Source of the DNA: an uncultured Acidobacteriota bacterium
GTDB taxonomy: Bacteria; Acidobacteriota; Terriglobia; Acidiferrales; UBA7541
Assembly (NCBI GenBank): GCA_963788725.1
Contig: CAWBHT010000003.1
Coordinates: 224,354-288,353 of the forward strand
Reading direction: 5' to 3'
DNA length: 64,000 nucleotides
The notes beneath the pieces were generated by a model. That model did no database searches and was not told the DNA's origin. It saw only the letters and a list, made by a program, of their open reading frames with translations. Of the stretch, positions 63,336 to 64,000 are shown one piece after another. Within the stretch, counting starts at the first letter, position 1; every line of letters starts with the position of its first letter. Made by a program: the position numbers and the translations under genes.

Positions 63336-63542
63336 ATGCCCGAACTTCGAAAGATCGTGGCCTTCCACCAGGACGAGCAATCTCATTGGGTCGCCGACCT
63401 CGAATGCGGCCACACCCAGCACGTTCGCCACGATCCACCTTGGACCCTCCGCCCTTGGGTTCTCACCCCCGAAGGCCGCGCCTCCCGCCTCGGCACAGAA
63501 CTCCCCTGTAAAAAATGCGAAACCAGCGTCCCTGAAAAATAA
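63336..63542 (+). CDS. DUF3565 family small Cys protein
   Basis: FHQDEQSHWVADLECGHTQHVRHDPPW..RPWV.TPEGR...CKKC. Confidence 0.85.
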   Translation: MPELRKIVAFHQDEQSHWVADLECGHTQHVRHDPPWTLRPWVLTPEGRASRLGTELPCKKCETSVPEK

Positions 63543-63724
63543 TCGAACACAGCGCCGCTCTCTTAACTACACTCGCTCTCTCGGCAGCGCACTTGTCCTC
63601 GCCGATTCGCCTACCCAACAAATAACATCCTCTCAGGAGCAAACTTCTCCGTGTCACAATCGGTCATGAATCCGCCAATCACATCCGCCAAACCACCGCA
63701 AATTCCCCACGGCGGATCTAACTG

Positions 63725-63840
63725 CCGGTAGAATCTCCATTTCCGGAAAATTGCCCCATAACTCCTTTAGAATCCGCACTTCCAAAAACAAAGCGCTTAA
63801 AGTCCTTTAGAATCCGCACTTACGAAAAAAGGGGGAGGGG
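63725..63840. repeat. Tandem ~40-bp-period repeat ending in GGGGGAGGGG
   Basis: TCCTTTAGAATCCGCACTT is exact at 63763-63781 and 63803-63821; a degenerate third unit (TAGAATC) lies at 63729. Confidence 0.8.
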
Positions 63841-64000
63841 TTCTGTTGACATTTTCCGCAGTCCTCGTGGCATAGACTTCAGTCTGTGTACTCCCGCACT
63901 TCGTGCCTTGCGCTTGAAAAATCAGAACAGATACCCAAGCCACAGCGCTTTCAAAGGACTGTTCTTCGCTGGCTCCACTAGTTCCCATCCGCGCCGACAG

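Noticed and set aside
63763-63821. Possible CRISPR mini-array
   Set aside because: Only two exact 19-bp units with a ~21-nt spacer and no cas genes.

Overview
GC-rich bacterial chromosomal window, most likely Acidobacteriota. This is inferred from the Oar-like TonB-dependent receptors, kinase-TPR proteins, MacB-type permease pair and characteristic intergenic repeats. Housekeeping genes: serC (partial, missed by the ORF track), rnr, tRNA-Leu(CAG), lpxC-glmU, purQ-purL-purF-lepB-lepB-purM, mtnA and yebC-ruvC. These alternate with accessory genes: a beta-helix/diheme cytochrome pair, two SPFH proteins, peptidases, a PadR/VOC/MFS cluster and two GT4 glycosyltransferases. Four genes (rnr, a CPBP protease, an M28 peptidase, one TonB receptor) carry single-base frameshifts that look like long-read errors. 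The most interesting signals are: (1) a putative signalling/detox operon of ECF sigma, a Ser/Thr kinase with no sensor domain, two paralogous small 4-TM proteins with conserved intramembrane Asp/Lys, a VOC protein and a secreted beta-barrel; (2) an unannotated ~190-nt structured RNA with 6S-like features next to rnr; (3) an S41/CtpA homolog that has lost both catalytic residues; (4) sigma54 promoters before both TonB receptors; (5) a REP-like element apparently inserted in frame in purL. No CRISPR array, integrase or transposase was seen. All calls come from reading the sequence, with no database searches.
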